Source: Candidatus Thorarchaeota archaeon
GTDB lineage: Archaea > Asgardarchaeota > Thorarchaeia > Thorarchaeales > Thorarchaeaceae
Direction of reading: 5' to 3'
NCBI GenBank assembly: GCA_011364905.1
Contig: RDNZ01000001.1
Location: forward strand, 96,001-160,000
Length of the DNA stretch: 64,000 nt
Each line of letters opens with the position of its first letter. The stretch's first letter is position 1. The position numbers and the translations under genes were made by a program. Shown here piece by piece: positions 39,057 through 48,224 of the stretch. The notes under the pieces were generated by a model. That model did not search any database. It was not told the DNA's origin and saw only the letters and a list, made by a program, of their open reading frames with translations.

Positions 39057-39949
39057 CTACTACCACCTCCAACTATCTTGGCCACAATTTTGTCAGTCTT
39101 CACAGTATGCAAATCAAGACCAAGTTCTTCGGGAGAGTAACCAAACCCTAAAGCTAGAATTTGTGGGAAATGCAGGACGGGAATATCCAAATCATCCATG
39201 GCGAACTTTCGCTTGATGGTTCTCTGACCCATGTCATGCTGCAAATGACACAACGAACAGACTGTAACGATGCCATCCACTCCAGCATCCTGTGCATCCA
39301 CAAGTCGTTCATGAAGAATACGATCAGCGAGGTCATCCTGGACACCCCTCAAGAGTCCTCCACAGCATCGATGCCGACCGGTATACTGCACACTGTTCAC
39401 GCCAAACTGCTCAATGAGCTCATCTGCAAAGGTGGGTCGCTCAGAGTATTCGATGTTCAACAGCTCGTGAGGTTTAAGCATATGACATCCATATCTGAGA
39501 CCAATTGAGATGTTGCTCAGATCTCGCACGGACTTTTGCCTGATCTTGTCAGCTCCAATATCGGTGTACAGGAAGTCCACAATGTGCCTGGCTTCTACAG
39601 TGCCATCATAGTGCAGACCAACCGTCTTCAGGATTTCATTTACGCGTTCCCGCATATCCGGATAAGTTTCCAGTACGTGGTTCACGCGTTTATAGGAATG
39701 GAAACATCCGCTGCAAGGTGTAAGGAGATCCAAGCCCATCTCTTCGGCTTTGGCAAGATTCCTTGCAGCCATCGCGATTGAAGTGGTAAGATCAAGAGAT
39801 TGCATCCAGAAAGGAGCACAGCAAGTTTCGTTGGGAATGTCTATTGTTTCAATTCCCAGATGGTCTAGAACCTTTCTGGTGGCAGCCTCGTAGCCTATCA
39901 AAGATCGTCTTGTGGGAACCAAACAGCCCCAAGCTATTGCCTTCTTCAA
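39053..39949 (-). CDS. hdrB: HdrB-like CCG-domain subunit (copy 2)
   Basis: GC...CC...CxxC motif twice (ETCCAP..CSGC; YGCH..RCCGG..CSLC). Confidence 0.9.
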   Translation of the reverse strand: MKKAIAWGCLVPTRRSLIGYEAATRKVLDHLGIETIDIPNETCCAPFWMQSLDLTTSIAMAARNLAKAEEMGLDLLTPCSGCFHSYKRVNHVLETYPDMRERVNEILKTVGLHYDGTVEARHIVDFLYTDIGADKIRQKSVRDLSNISIGLRYGCHMLKPHELLNIEYSERPTFADELIEQFGVNSVQYTGRHRCCGGLLRGVQDDLADRILHERLVDAQDAGVDGIVTVCSLCHLQHDMGQRTIKRKFAMDDLDIPVLHFPQILALGFGYSPEELGLDLHTVKTDKIVAKIVGGGSR

Positions 39950-40503
39950 TCCGATTCCACCTCCTTCTTCTGGTTAGCTGCCAAGACCTCGTTAAGTCCG
40001 GCCGCTTTCATTATCCCTTGTAATTGCGTAATGTCAGGGTCGTGTAAGGGAGGTAAACCAAGTTGTTCACGCATCTTGTCTACTAAGCCGGTTCTTGCGC
40101 TCACGCGTCCATTCTGCCTTACCATTTCAGCCATCTTGACATAACCCTGTGCAGCGTGTCCCTCCTTGCTTGCCATATTGCGTAACACGGTAACAACATC
40201 CGTAAAGTTCACTTGTTGGACACATCGTTCTTCACAGGTAAAACAAGCCGCGCAAAGCCAAATCTGGTCGGTTGAGAGCACCTCATCCTTGAGTCCGAGC
40301 AATACATTGCCTAGGACTTTCCTGGGTCTGTAGTCTATTACCGCACCAACAGGACAGCCGCCACTACAAGCGCCACATTTCAAGCATCGAAGAAGACCCT
40401 CTCCGCCAACCATGTCAGCGACATTATATTTGAATGACGCCTTCACATCTTCGTCGCGAACAGGAAAATCGCCTCGATAGCTTCTCTTTTCAGTTTCTTC
40501 CAT
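39946..40503 (-). CDS. hdrC: HdrC 2x[4Fe-4S] subunit (copy 2)
   Basis: [29 protein letters not shown]. Confidence 0.92.
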   Translation of the reverse strand: MEETEKRSYRGDFPVRDEDVKASFKYNVADMVGGEGLLRCLKCGACSGGCPVGAVIDYRPRKVLGNVLLGLKDEVLSTDQIWLCAACFTCEERCVQQVNFTDVVTVLRNMASKEGHAAQGYVKMAEMVRQNGRVSARTGLVDKMREQLGLPPLHDPDITQLQGIMKAAGLNEVLAANQKKEVESD

Positions 40504-41381
40504 TAGTACCTCACACCTGTTAATGATTCGAGTATACGACTAGGACTGATACGATTCATGTGCATCCCCAGCTCTTCGTCGAGGATGCCTAAAGATGGAC
40601 CAAGGAACTGCGGAAGCGTTATCACAGGCATTCTGGACTTTCCTAATCTGCCTCCAAGCTGAACCTGAGATAGCTGGATGTTGCAATAAGCGCAGGCTGT
40701 GACAATCCCCTCTGCACCCGCTTCTTTGATGCTCCTGATCTTCTCTATTCCCACCTTACTTGCTAGCTTGTCATCCATTGCAAGAAGAGGAGCACCGCAA
40801 CAACGAAACTTACCTTCGTATTTGACAGGCCATCCACCTGCAACTCGTATGATTGAATCGATGATCGTTGGAACCTTGCCACTGGTAGAATTCATGTCAT
40901 CGAAAGGTCTTGATACATGACAACCATAATGGGCCGCTAAACGGATATTTGTGTAGGGATTAGTTATCGCAGATTCAAGAGAGCTGAGAGTTAAATCCTG
41001 TTCAAAGACATCCAGAAGATGCTTTACTTCCACCTTTCTTGTATATTGAAGCCCATCTCTATCAAGCAAAGAGTTGACATCAGCGCGTGCTCGTTTCCTT
41101 CTATCAAGCAGCATTTTCACGTGCTTCAAGGATCCAGCACAAGCGCCACAGATGGCAAGGATGTCCTTACCTTCATTCTCTGCGAGTGCAAGAATCCTTC
41201 CCCCCAGAGCAAGGAAGGCATTCTCATTGAGAGATTCAATGTATTGTGCGCCGCAGCAGTTTGTGTTGTTTAGAGGGCTTATATTGATTCCAAGCTTTTC
41301 GAGGACAGCTATAGTTGCAGCCTCATATGCAGGAAGACGTACTGGAGTTACACAGCCTCTGAACAGTACGTACTCCTTCAT
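40503..41381 (-). CDS. hdrB: HdrB-like CCG-domain subunit (copy 1)
   Basis: YVLFRGC, NCCG, CGAC, HYGCH, RCCG, ACAYC; start moved to ATG 41381. Confidence 0.9.
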   Translation of the reverse strand: MKEYVLFRGCVTPVRLPAYEAATIAVLEKLGINISPLNNTNCCGAQYIESLNENAFLALGGRILALAENEGKDILAICGACAGSLKHVKMLLDRRKRARADVNSLLDRDGLQYTRKVEVKHLLDVFEQDLTLSSLESAITNPYTNIRLAAHYGCHVSRPFDDMNSTSGKVPTIIDSIIRVAGGWPVKYEGKFRCCGAPLLAMDDKLASKVGIEKIRSIKEAGAEGIVTACAYCNIQLSQVQLGGRLGKSRMPVITLPQFLGPSLGILDEELGMHMNRISPSRILESLTGVRY

Positions 41382-41385
41382 GCGA

Positions 41386-41877
41386 CTACCCATCCTCTTC
41401 AAAATACATCGATCTTACGTCCCTTGTGTATCGCTTATTGTGAGATAGTCTCGAGCTTAGACCTAGTTCCTTCCGTTCATCAGCAATGAAGTCAGAATAG
41501 GCGTCCTTCATGAGCCACCCATCGGAAAAGATCGCATCTGCTGCTTTTTGAAAAGAAGCCGGTATGATGTTTTCTCGGATTGCCAGACTACGTACAACTC
41601 TAAAAACGTCAGCAAGTCTCACACCGTATTGACAGGTGTCCTCACACTGATGACATGTCTTGCAGACCCATGGTTGCTCACTATGCAAGACTGGTTCCCG
41701 AGCTCCAACAAGAATCTTCTGCATAATCTGGCGTGGATTGTAATGAGTACCAGCTGCAACTGCACATCTTGCTGTACACATTCCACAAGCAACACAATTC
41801 TCCAGGAGTCTACCCTTTGCCAGGGTAGTCAATTCTTGAATGAAGCTTGAAGACGGAATGAGTCTAGTTCGTACCAT
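41386..41877 (-). CDS. hdrC: HdrC 2x[4Fe-4S] subunit (copy 1)
   Basis: CVACGMCTARC, NPR, WVCKTCHQCEDTC. Confidence 0.88.
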   Translation of the reverse strand: MVRTRLIPSSSFIQELTTLAKGRLLENCVACGMCTARCAVAAGTHYNPRQIMQKILVGAREPVLHSEQPWVCKTCHQCEDTCQYGVRLADVFRVVRSLAIRENIIPASFQKAADAIFSDGWLMKDAYSDFIADERKELGLSSRLSHNKRYTRDVRSMYFEEDG

Positions 41878-41975
41878 CTTTTTCCACCTATTGAATCAAG
41901 CACGGTGGCCAGATAGAAAGCATCGATGGTGTTCATGATTCGTCGATTGTCACTAAACTTGGTGGAAATTTGTGG

Positions 41976-42011
41976 TTTTCAAGGTTCGATGATCCCAAAT
42001 TTTCAAGGTTC
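41976..42011. repeat. 12-bp direct repeat upstream of the hdr operon
   Basis: TTTTCAAGGTTC at 41976-41987 and 42000-42011 (24-nt period). Confidence 0.6.
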
Positions 42012-42690
42012 ACCGCCCTAGTCAATATACTCATATCTTGCATAAAGGGCCTATATGCTTCATTGTCGAAAACAGCGCATACACATTACAAGAAATGATT
42101 GGAATTGAAACTATCACAATTGAATTCTTACTATATAGGACAAGAAATAGGCATTTCATGATTACGAGCTCCAAGTCTTAACCATGAATCTATTCAATCA
42201 GAAAAGCTGGAATGATGTCACAAAACAAACATGGCTGTTTTACCTTAGTTTCAGGTTGAAACAAAACTATGCACACAATGGAGATGAAATGTGAACCATT
42301 ACCTCTCAAACATGCACATTACTAATCATTCAACTATATTATTTTTAGCTGATTTGATAAACTGACCTCTTAAGCTTTTTAGTAGCTATTACTACGTCAG
42401 CATTAATAAAAATAGTAAAAACGAAGCTTCCCAAATATCTCTAAAATGATGATTCATATCATTCAAATATTGGCTTGATTTGCATCATTTCATAACTATT
42501 TTGTGTCTATGTCCAAAAATCAACACAATAGAGAAAACGAGAAGGTTGTTTGCGGCCTACTTTTTCTTAGGAATTGGAACCCTAATTAGGAATTGAGGCA
42601 GTTGCTTTTTCGAAAAACATCATCTCGAAGCAAATTATGTATCTGATTAGACGTCAATGTGCGCTCTCGCCGCATAATAGAAAAATGGAT

Positions 42691-42710
42691 GGGGGTTCTC
42701 TGAAACCCCC
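42691..42710 (-). terminator. GC hairpin followed by a U-rich tract, after the 67-aa gene
   Basis: GGGGGTT...AACCCCC followed on the minus strand by ATCCATTTTTCT. Confidence 0.6.
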
Positions 42711-42728
42711 TGAACTTACTTCGGCACT

Positions 42729-42932
42729 TTACTTTCTGCGTATGCTTGGGCCTTCGATAATACGGAGAATCTGTTTCGATGTCAGAGTAGTATACTCAGC
42801 ATCCGGAAACATGCTATTCTCATGCTGCTCTTTGATCATCTCTGCAAAGTACTTTAGATACCATCGGACCTCGTCCTTGCTATGTTGACGTATTGCCTTA
42901 GTTTTCCGTTTTCGTGAGATACTTCCTGACAT
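42729..42932 (-). CDS. 67-aa basic protein of unknown function
   Basis: GGAGGT RBS 9 nt before ATG 42932: MSGSISRKRKTKAIRQHSKDEVRWYLKYFAEMIKE...GPSIRRK; followed by a terminator-like hairpin. Confidence 0.65.
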   Translation of the reverse strand: MSGSISRKRKTKAIRQHSKDEVRWYLKYFAEMIKEQHENSMFPDAEYTTLTSKQILRIIEGPSIRRK

Positions 42933-43118
42933 TCTTGTTTTACCTCCAATGAGGAACAAGACATCCAGAGCAGCTGTTCGCTTATAGCTACAGTCCGCAA
43001 ACCTAGTCCTCTCCCCCGAGAGGACCACAGAGAAAACGCAGGCATCACGAGGAAAAGGACATAGCATTAGTTCCCACTAATATTTGGGAACCAATACTGG
43101 ATTGTCATTATTCCTCGC
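42933..43118 (-). ncRNA. Highly structured 5' leader RNA (candidate riboregulator)
   Basis: Rod hairpin 43047-43118 with G-U pairs, 8-bp hairpin 43006-43025, SD-sequestering hairpin 42933-42961; TTTAAA box at ~43148. Confidence 0.55.
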
Positions 43119-43236
43119 ATTGTAAACGATTTTTAGGGAAATTTGAATTTAAACATTGACATCGAAGTATTGTCGTACTGCTGGAAATGCTTTTGAACAA
43201 CTAGAGCACATGTAAAGAAAGCGTCCAATAGGAAGA

Positions 43237-45804
43237 GTGGCTTTGACAGAATCTGCTCAAGAAAAACTCACTCGTGCAAAGGCCCTCCTAAAGACGGGAG
43301 AATATGAGAAATGTCTACAGGTCATAAACGCCCTTTCTGCAGGAGATGAGTCAAAGGATCCTCTCGTAACACTGGACACCCTAGTTATCAGAGCAGAAGT
43401 TTCCTGGCGAACAGGAAAGCTGGATGATGGTCTTGACGCTATTGACAAAGCTGAAAGATTCTTCTCCGCCGATTGGATGAGGAAGCTAGAAGAGCAAAAG
43501 GAGATTCTTCAACAAAAGAAGAGCAATATCCTATCACAAGCAGGTGTGATTTATTGGTACAAAGGTGACCTGATTAAGGCAAAGGAAAGCCATGAAGAGA
43601 GCTTGAGAATCAGAGAGAGGCTAGGGGATAAAGAAGGCATTTCTATAGCCTACAACAACCTGGGTCTCGTTTTTTGGACGAAGGGAGACCTTGACAAAGC
43701 AACTGAGTGCTACAAAAGGAGCATAACGATCTATGAAGAGCTAAATGATGAGAATGGTGTATCAAAAGTCCTCAATAATCTGGCTAACATAAGTGCATCA
43801 AGAGGTGAGCTCGATCAGGCATTGGAATATCATCAACAGAGTCTAGCCATCAAAGAGCGAATAGCATCAAAGCAAGACGTTGCTGTATCACTCATAAATA
43901 TCGGCGTGATTTACAGACTCAAGGGAGAGTTGGACAAGGCAACGGAGTACTACAACAAAAGCTTAGCCATTCAAGAGGATATTAACATTGGACCAGAGTT
44001 CGCTCTTGTTCTACACAACTTGGGAGAGATATACAGTCTAAAGGGAGAAATTCAACTATCTTTGGAGTTCTATCAGAGAAGTCTTCTCATTTATGAAGCA
44101 ATGGGGACAAAGGAAGGAATAGTTCTGACTCTGATCAATATTGGGGATTGTTACAGTAGAAAAGGGCAGCCTGAGATTGCATACGAATACTTCCAAAGGG
44201 GCTTGACAATTGCAGAGGATATGGGAAGTCTAAGGCTGATTTCAAATGCTCTCTCTGATATCATTTGGGCCGCATTGGACAATAAAGACACAGAGCTAGC
44301 CCACGAATATTTGTCAAAGCTAGAACTGGTGAATTCAGAATCCGACAGTCTCTTTGTTGACCAAAGATATCGACTTTCAAAAGCCCTTTTTCTTAAAAAG
44401 AGCGGACGTACACGTGAGAGAGCAGAGGCGGAGGAGATTCTTGAGAAACTTTTGGAGGAAGAAATCACAGACCATTCGCTCACGGTCACAGCTATGATCC
44501 ATCTGTGCGATTTACTACTGATGGAACTAAAGATATCAGGGGAAGAGAGCATTCTCAAAAGAGCAAAAGATCTTACCGAACGACTCAGCGGAATAGCTGA
44601 AGAACAGGCATCACATCCTTTGTTCGTCGAAACACTTCTTCTTCAATCTAAGCTAGCAGTTGTGGCATTCGAATTTAATCAAGCAGATGAATTGATGAAA
44701 AAAGCGAAGCAGATTGCAGATGAAAAAGGACTGCTAAGATTGTCAAAAACTGTGGAACGTGAGGTTCAACTTCTACAACAGCAAAGAGAGAAATGGGAAA
44801 AAACTCTCAAGACCAGTCCGTCCAAACAGGAGATGGTTGAACTTACCAACCTGAATGAACTGTTGGAAAAGATGGTCCAGAAAACAGTAGAAACTCTTGG
44901 TCTAGAATCAAAGGTCGAGTCAAGAAAGTCTAAGTATAGATTGGTTTACCAAGACCTGCTGGGAAGCAGTCAGAAATCAGAAAGAGGTCGGTTCAGAGTA
45001 GGTATTGCGCAGATTGGACTCGCCGACCAAGGGGATATTCTGAATGAGCTCTACGAAGAGAAAGGTGACGGATTAATCGGTCTTCGAGATGACTCAATTG
45101 AAACAGTGCGAGAGAAATTGCAGAGCATGGTAAAGAGAGCTAATTCTGAGAATGTTGACGTCCTCATCTTTCCTGAGATGACCATCGATCTCAACTATGA
45201 ACAACTGGCAGAGGATGTACGAAACCTTGCTAAACAGTACGAGATGTGTATCATTCCGGGATCATTCCACAATAAGGATACAAGGAAGAATGTTTGCAGA
45301 GTCTATGGTCAAGATGGAATCCTTTGGGAGCAGGAGAAGCATATTCCAGCTATCATCCATATAGCAGATAAGAGGTTCATAGAAAAAATTGAAACTTCAG
45401 AAAAAGAAAAAAACACAATCGTATGCAACACACAGTTTGGTAGGATTGCTATAACGATTTGCCGTGACTTTCTTGACATGGACTTAAGAGTTGAATTGAA
45501 GAACTCGGACCCTCCTGTGGACCTAATCATCAATCCAGCTTTCACTCCAGTAACTGCTGATTTCAAAGCGGCACATTTTGACGCGAGAAGGTCAATCTAT
45601 GCGTACTGCTTTTTTGCTAATGTTGCGGAGTTTGGCGACTCACTGATTTATAGTCCTGAGAAGGACCGCATTGAGAGGAATGTGCCAAGGGGAGAGGAGA
45701 ATCTAATCTACAAGGATGTGGATCTGTTCCAACTTAGATCGGAACGTAAGAAATGGGAAGAAGAGAGGAAGAAAAAAGTTTCATTCATCCAAAGCACGAG
45801 ATGA
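43237..45804 (+). CDS. TPR-repeat protein fused to a C-terminal nitrilase / carbon-nitrogen hydrolase domain
   Basis: About six or seven 40-aa TPRs (NNLG.V...KG.LDKA...Y..SL.I), then RVGIAQ, IFPE, QEKH and ICRDF (E-K-C triad). Confidence 0.88.
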   Translation: MALTESAQEKLTRAKALLKTGEYEKCLQVINALSAGDESKDPLVTLDTLVIRAEVSWRTGKLDDGLDAIDKAERFFSADWMRKLEEQKEILQQKKSNILSQAGVIYWYKGDLIKAKESHEESLRIRERLGDKEGISIAYNNLGLVFWTKGDLDKATECYKRSITIYEELNDENGVSKVLNNLANISASRGELDQALEYHQQSLAIKERIASKQDVAVSLINIGVIYRLKGELDKATEYYNKSLAIQEDINIGPEFALVLHNLGEIYSLKGEIQLSLEFYQRSLLIYEAMGTKEGIVLTLINIGDCYSRKGQPEIAYEYFQRGLTIAEDMGSLRLISNALSDIIWAALDNKDTELAHEYLSKLELVNSESDSLFVDQRYRLSKALFLKKSGRTRERAEAEEILEKLLEEEITDHSLTVTAMIHLCDLLLMELKISGEESILKRAKDLTERLSGIAEEQASHPLFVETLLLQSKLAVVAFEFNQADELMKKAKQIADEKGLLRLSKTVEREVQLLQQQREKWEKTLKTSPSKQEMVELTNLNELLEKMVQKTVETLGLESKVESRKSKYRLVYQDLLGSSQKSERGRFRVGIAQIGLADQGDILNELYEEKGDGLIGLRDDSIETVREKLQSMVKRANSENVDVLIFPEMTIDLNYEQLAEDVRNLAKQYEMCIIPGSFHNKDTRKNVCRVYGQDGILWEQEKHIPAIIHIADKRFIEKIETSEKEKNTIVCNTQFGRIAITICRDFLDMDLRVELKNSDPPVDLIINPAFTPVTADFKAAHFDARRSIYAYCFFANVAEFGDSLIYSPEKDRIERNVPRGEENLIYKDVDLFQLRSERKKWEEERKKKVSFIQSTR

Positions 45805-45813
45805 ATGTTGTTT

Positions 45814-46269
45814 TCAGATTTCACGCATCATAGATGGCGAGCTTGTACAGAGGGTGGTGAATTCGACTGATTGCTTCATGTCCTCAGGAACCCTATCTCG
45901 CGTAACTACAACAAATCCTTTCTTCACAAAGTATCTTTCAGCTGTGTCAGTCAAAAGGAATAGACGAGTTATTCCATTCTTTTTTGCTAGTTCGGTTATG
46001 CTCTCGACCAGTTGCGTACCTAGTCCGGCTCCTTGAAAGTCAGGGTGCACTGCAAGAGACCTCAATAGTGCTGATTCACCGTAAATCTCCAAACCTACTG
46101 AACCGATGAGGAATTCAGATCCATCTTTTTCATTTGGATGTCGGATAATGAGGAAGTTCTCCAAATGAGGCTCGATACCATCAGGTGGAAGCTTAGTGAT
46201 TTCTAGAAGCGCCGAAATCGAAGAATAATCAGATTCCTTTGCTCTTTCTGGACTAAAATTATTGGACAT
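45814..46269 (-). CDS. GNAT acetyltransferase, ArsN2-like
   Basis: LP.DG...GLEIYG..ALLRSLAV.P..QG.GLG, LFLLTDTAE.YF..GF, SVEFTTLC pattern. Confidence 0.8.
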   Translation of the reverse strand: MSNNFSPERAKESDYSSISALLEITKLPPDGIEPHLENFLIIRHPNEKDGSEFLIGSVGLEIYGESALLRSLAVHPDFQGAGLGTQLVESITELAKKNGITRLFLLTDTAERYFVKKGFVVVTRDRVPEDMKQSVEFTTLCTSSPSMMREI

Positions 46270-46395
46270 ATTGCGACTGATAGTAGGAATTGGTTATAAC
46301 TGACTCGGAGCGAGCGAGGACAATCAGACTTGACCATAGCCTTTCTTATACAAGTTCAAACAGTCATTTTGAAGAGAAATCAGAAGCTGGTCAAG

Positions 46396-47208
46396 ATGGT
46401 AAGCGATTACTCCTTGAGACCTTTGAGAGAGGAAGACTGGGACAGGTTCCACGAGATGGAGAAGACTGCATTTGAAGAAGGGGACCTGATGACAAAGGAC
46501 AATTTCGACAATTCGTTCAGTACGGATGGATTCATTGCATTGGAAATCAATGAATTGCTAGTAGGCTATATCCGTGTTTCTCAATATGGATCAGAGGAAG
46601 GCCATCTTGGTAGAATAGGTGTGGCTGGTTCGCATCAGGGGCAGGGATGGGGGAAGGTTTTGATGGAGCATGCGATTGATTGGTTCAAAAACAAAGAAAA
46701 CATCAAGGCAGTCCATCTCTACACTCAAGACTACAATAAAACAGCTCAGTCTCTATACATGAAGTACGGTTTCATGGTATCAGGGACAACCTGGAGCTAT
46801 TTTATCCCATTTGAAGGTCTTGAACCTAAAGGAAGATATACCTGTCAAATTATTGATGAAAATGACATTGATGTAGCGGCTGAAATGTTCCCCTCATTAC
46901 CATCAGCACAGATCAGGAAATTCATAGAGAGTGAAGTGAATCAAGTCCTTACACTGAAGAATGAAACCAAGAAGATTGTCGGGGCAGCCAGATTCACACC
47001 ATCATATCCAGGTGTCTTTCCATTCGAAATCACTGACGTCGATTGTTTTGATGATTTCATTATCGGGATACAAAAACTAAGTCTGCCAGAGTTTGATTAT
47101 GTGAGAAGCACTTTCACTGACAATGAGGAACTGGCTAAACTCTGTGGAGAGCGCGGATATCATTTACATCACAGACTGTACAAGATGACCCTCAGACTAG
47201 TAGACTAG
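46396..47208 (+). CDS. GNAT acetyltransferase
   Basis: GHLGRIGV...QGQGWGK motif A, N..A..LY.KYGF. Confidence 0.85.
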   Translation: MVSDYSLRPLREEDWDRFHEMEKTAFEEGDLMTKDNFDNSFSTDGFIALEINELLVGYIRVSQYGSEEGHLGRIGVAGSHQGQGWGKVLMEHAIDWFKNKENIKAVHLYTQDYNKTAQSLYMKYGFMVSGTTWSYFIPFEGLEPKGRYTCQIIDENDIDVAAEMFPSLPSAQIRKFIESEVNQVLTLKNETKKIVGAARFTPSYPGVFPFEITDVDCFDDFIIGIQKLSLPEFDYVRSTFTDNEELAKLCGERGYHLHHRLYKMTLRLVD

Positions 47209-47288
47209 AGCCTGATGGGTGACTATTACAAAACCATCATATACAGTTGCATGTAGGGGTACACATTCTCTAAAGCAGGTGGAAGACT

Positions 47289-48176
47289 ATGACCAAGGTT
47301 GCAGTTATTTCAACAAATGATCGAGTCTACGGAGTGAACAAATCCTTCGAACTCCTTGGAATCAATCCAGTCAAAGACAAGAGGGTCGTTTTCAAACCAA
47401 ACTTCAACACAGCGGACCCACCACCCGCATCGACTCACATGGATACATTCAGACAGATTCTGGTAAAGATACAGGAGATGGGAGCAAAGACAATCACTGT
47501 TGCAGAGAGATGCGGACCTGCAAATACAGATGAGGCATTCAGGAAAAAGGGTCTCTATGAACTGTCAGACGAGTTTGGATTCAATATCGTAAACCTCGAA
47601 ACGGCAACGGAAGACCAATGGGTGAAGAAAAATCCTGAAGGAAATCACTGGAAGAATGGTTTCCTTTTTGCAAAGGTCTTCGATGAAGCAGAGTGCGTTG
47701 TCGAAACCTGCTGCTTAAAGACTCACATGTATGGAGGTCAGTTCACCCTATCTCTGAAGAACGCAACAGCTTTGGTTCCAAGAGTGGGCTACAAATACAT
47801 GAGTGAGCTTCATAGCTCACCGCACCAGAGAAAGATGATTGCCGAGATCAATGCTGCTTACAAATGGGACTTGGTCATTATGGACGGAGTACTTGCTTTT
47901 GTTGATGGGGGACCGATGGAGGGGACGCTCAAAGAGCCGAATGTGTTTGTTGCCGGAACAGACAAAATCGCAATAGATGCAGTCGGTGTCGCGCTGCTAC
48001 GAATGCTTGGCACCACACCAGAGGTTTCCAAGGGATCAATTTTCAAGCAGGAACAGATTGCACGAGCTGTGGAGCTGGGGATTGGGGTTTCGTCTTTCCA
48101 GGAGATCGAATTCGTGACGGATTCAGCACAGAGTGAGAAGTTAGTTGAAAAGATGAAACAAGAGTTCGAAGAGTAA
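47289..48176 (+). CDS. DUF362 family protein
   Basis: VVFKPNF, CLKTH, TLSLKN, MDG...GGP, DKIAIDAV. Confidence 0.85.
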   Translation: MTKVAVISTNDRVYGVNKSFELLGINPVKDKRVVFKPNFNTADPPPASTHMDTFRQILVKIQEMGAKTITVAERCGPANTDEAFRKKGLYELSDEFGFNIVNLETATEDQWVKKNPEGNHWKNGFLFAKVFDEAECVVETCCLKTHMYGGQFTLSLKNATALVPRVGYKYMSELHSSPHQRKMIAEINAAYKWDLVIMDGVLAFVDGGPMEGTLKEPNVFVAGTDKIAIDAVGVALLRMLGTTPEVSKGSIFKQEQIARAVELGIGVSSFQEIEFVTDSAQSEKLVEKMKQEFEE

Positions 48177-48224
48177 TTCACTTAGTTCAAAAGTCTCTTA
48201 AATGCCCAACTTCTCAGATGCATT

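Noticed and set aside
31819-41877. Selenocysteine recoding in HdrA or MvhD
   Set aside because: All frames are uninterrupted and the usual Sec positions are Cys (CNWC, GCHPGDC, DCAIC, DCSAC). The TGA stops overlap downstream starts and are true ends
31819-41877. Evidence for methanogenesis
   Set aside because: No mcr, mtr or coenzyme M biosynthesis genes are in the window, and Hdr-like complexes are widespread in non-methanogens
43047-43118. Rod hairpin as a SECIS element
   Set aside because: It contains AUGA but has no opposing GA at the required position, and there is no adjacent UGA-containing gene
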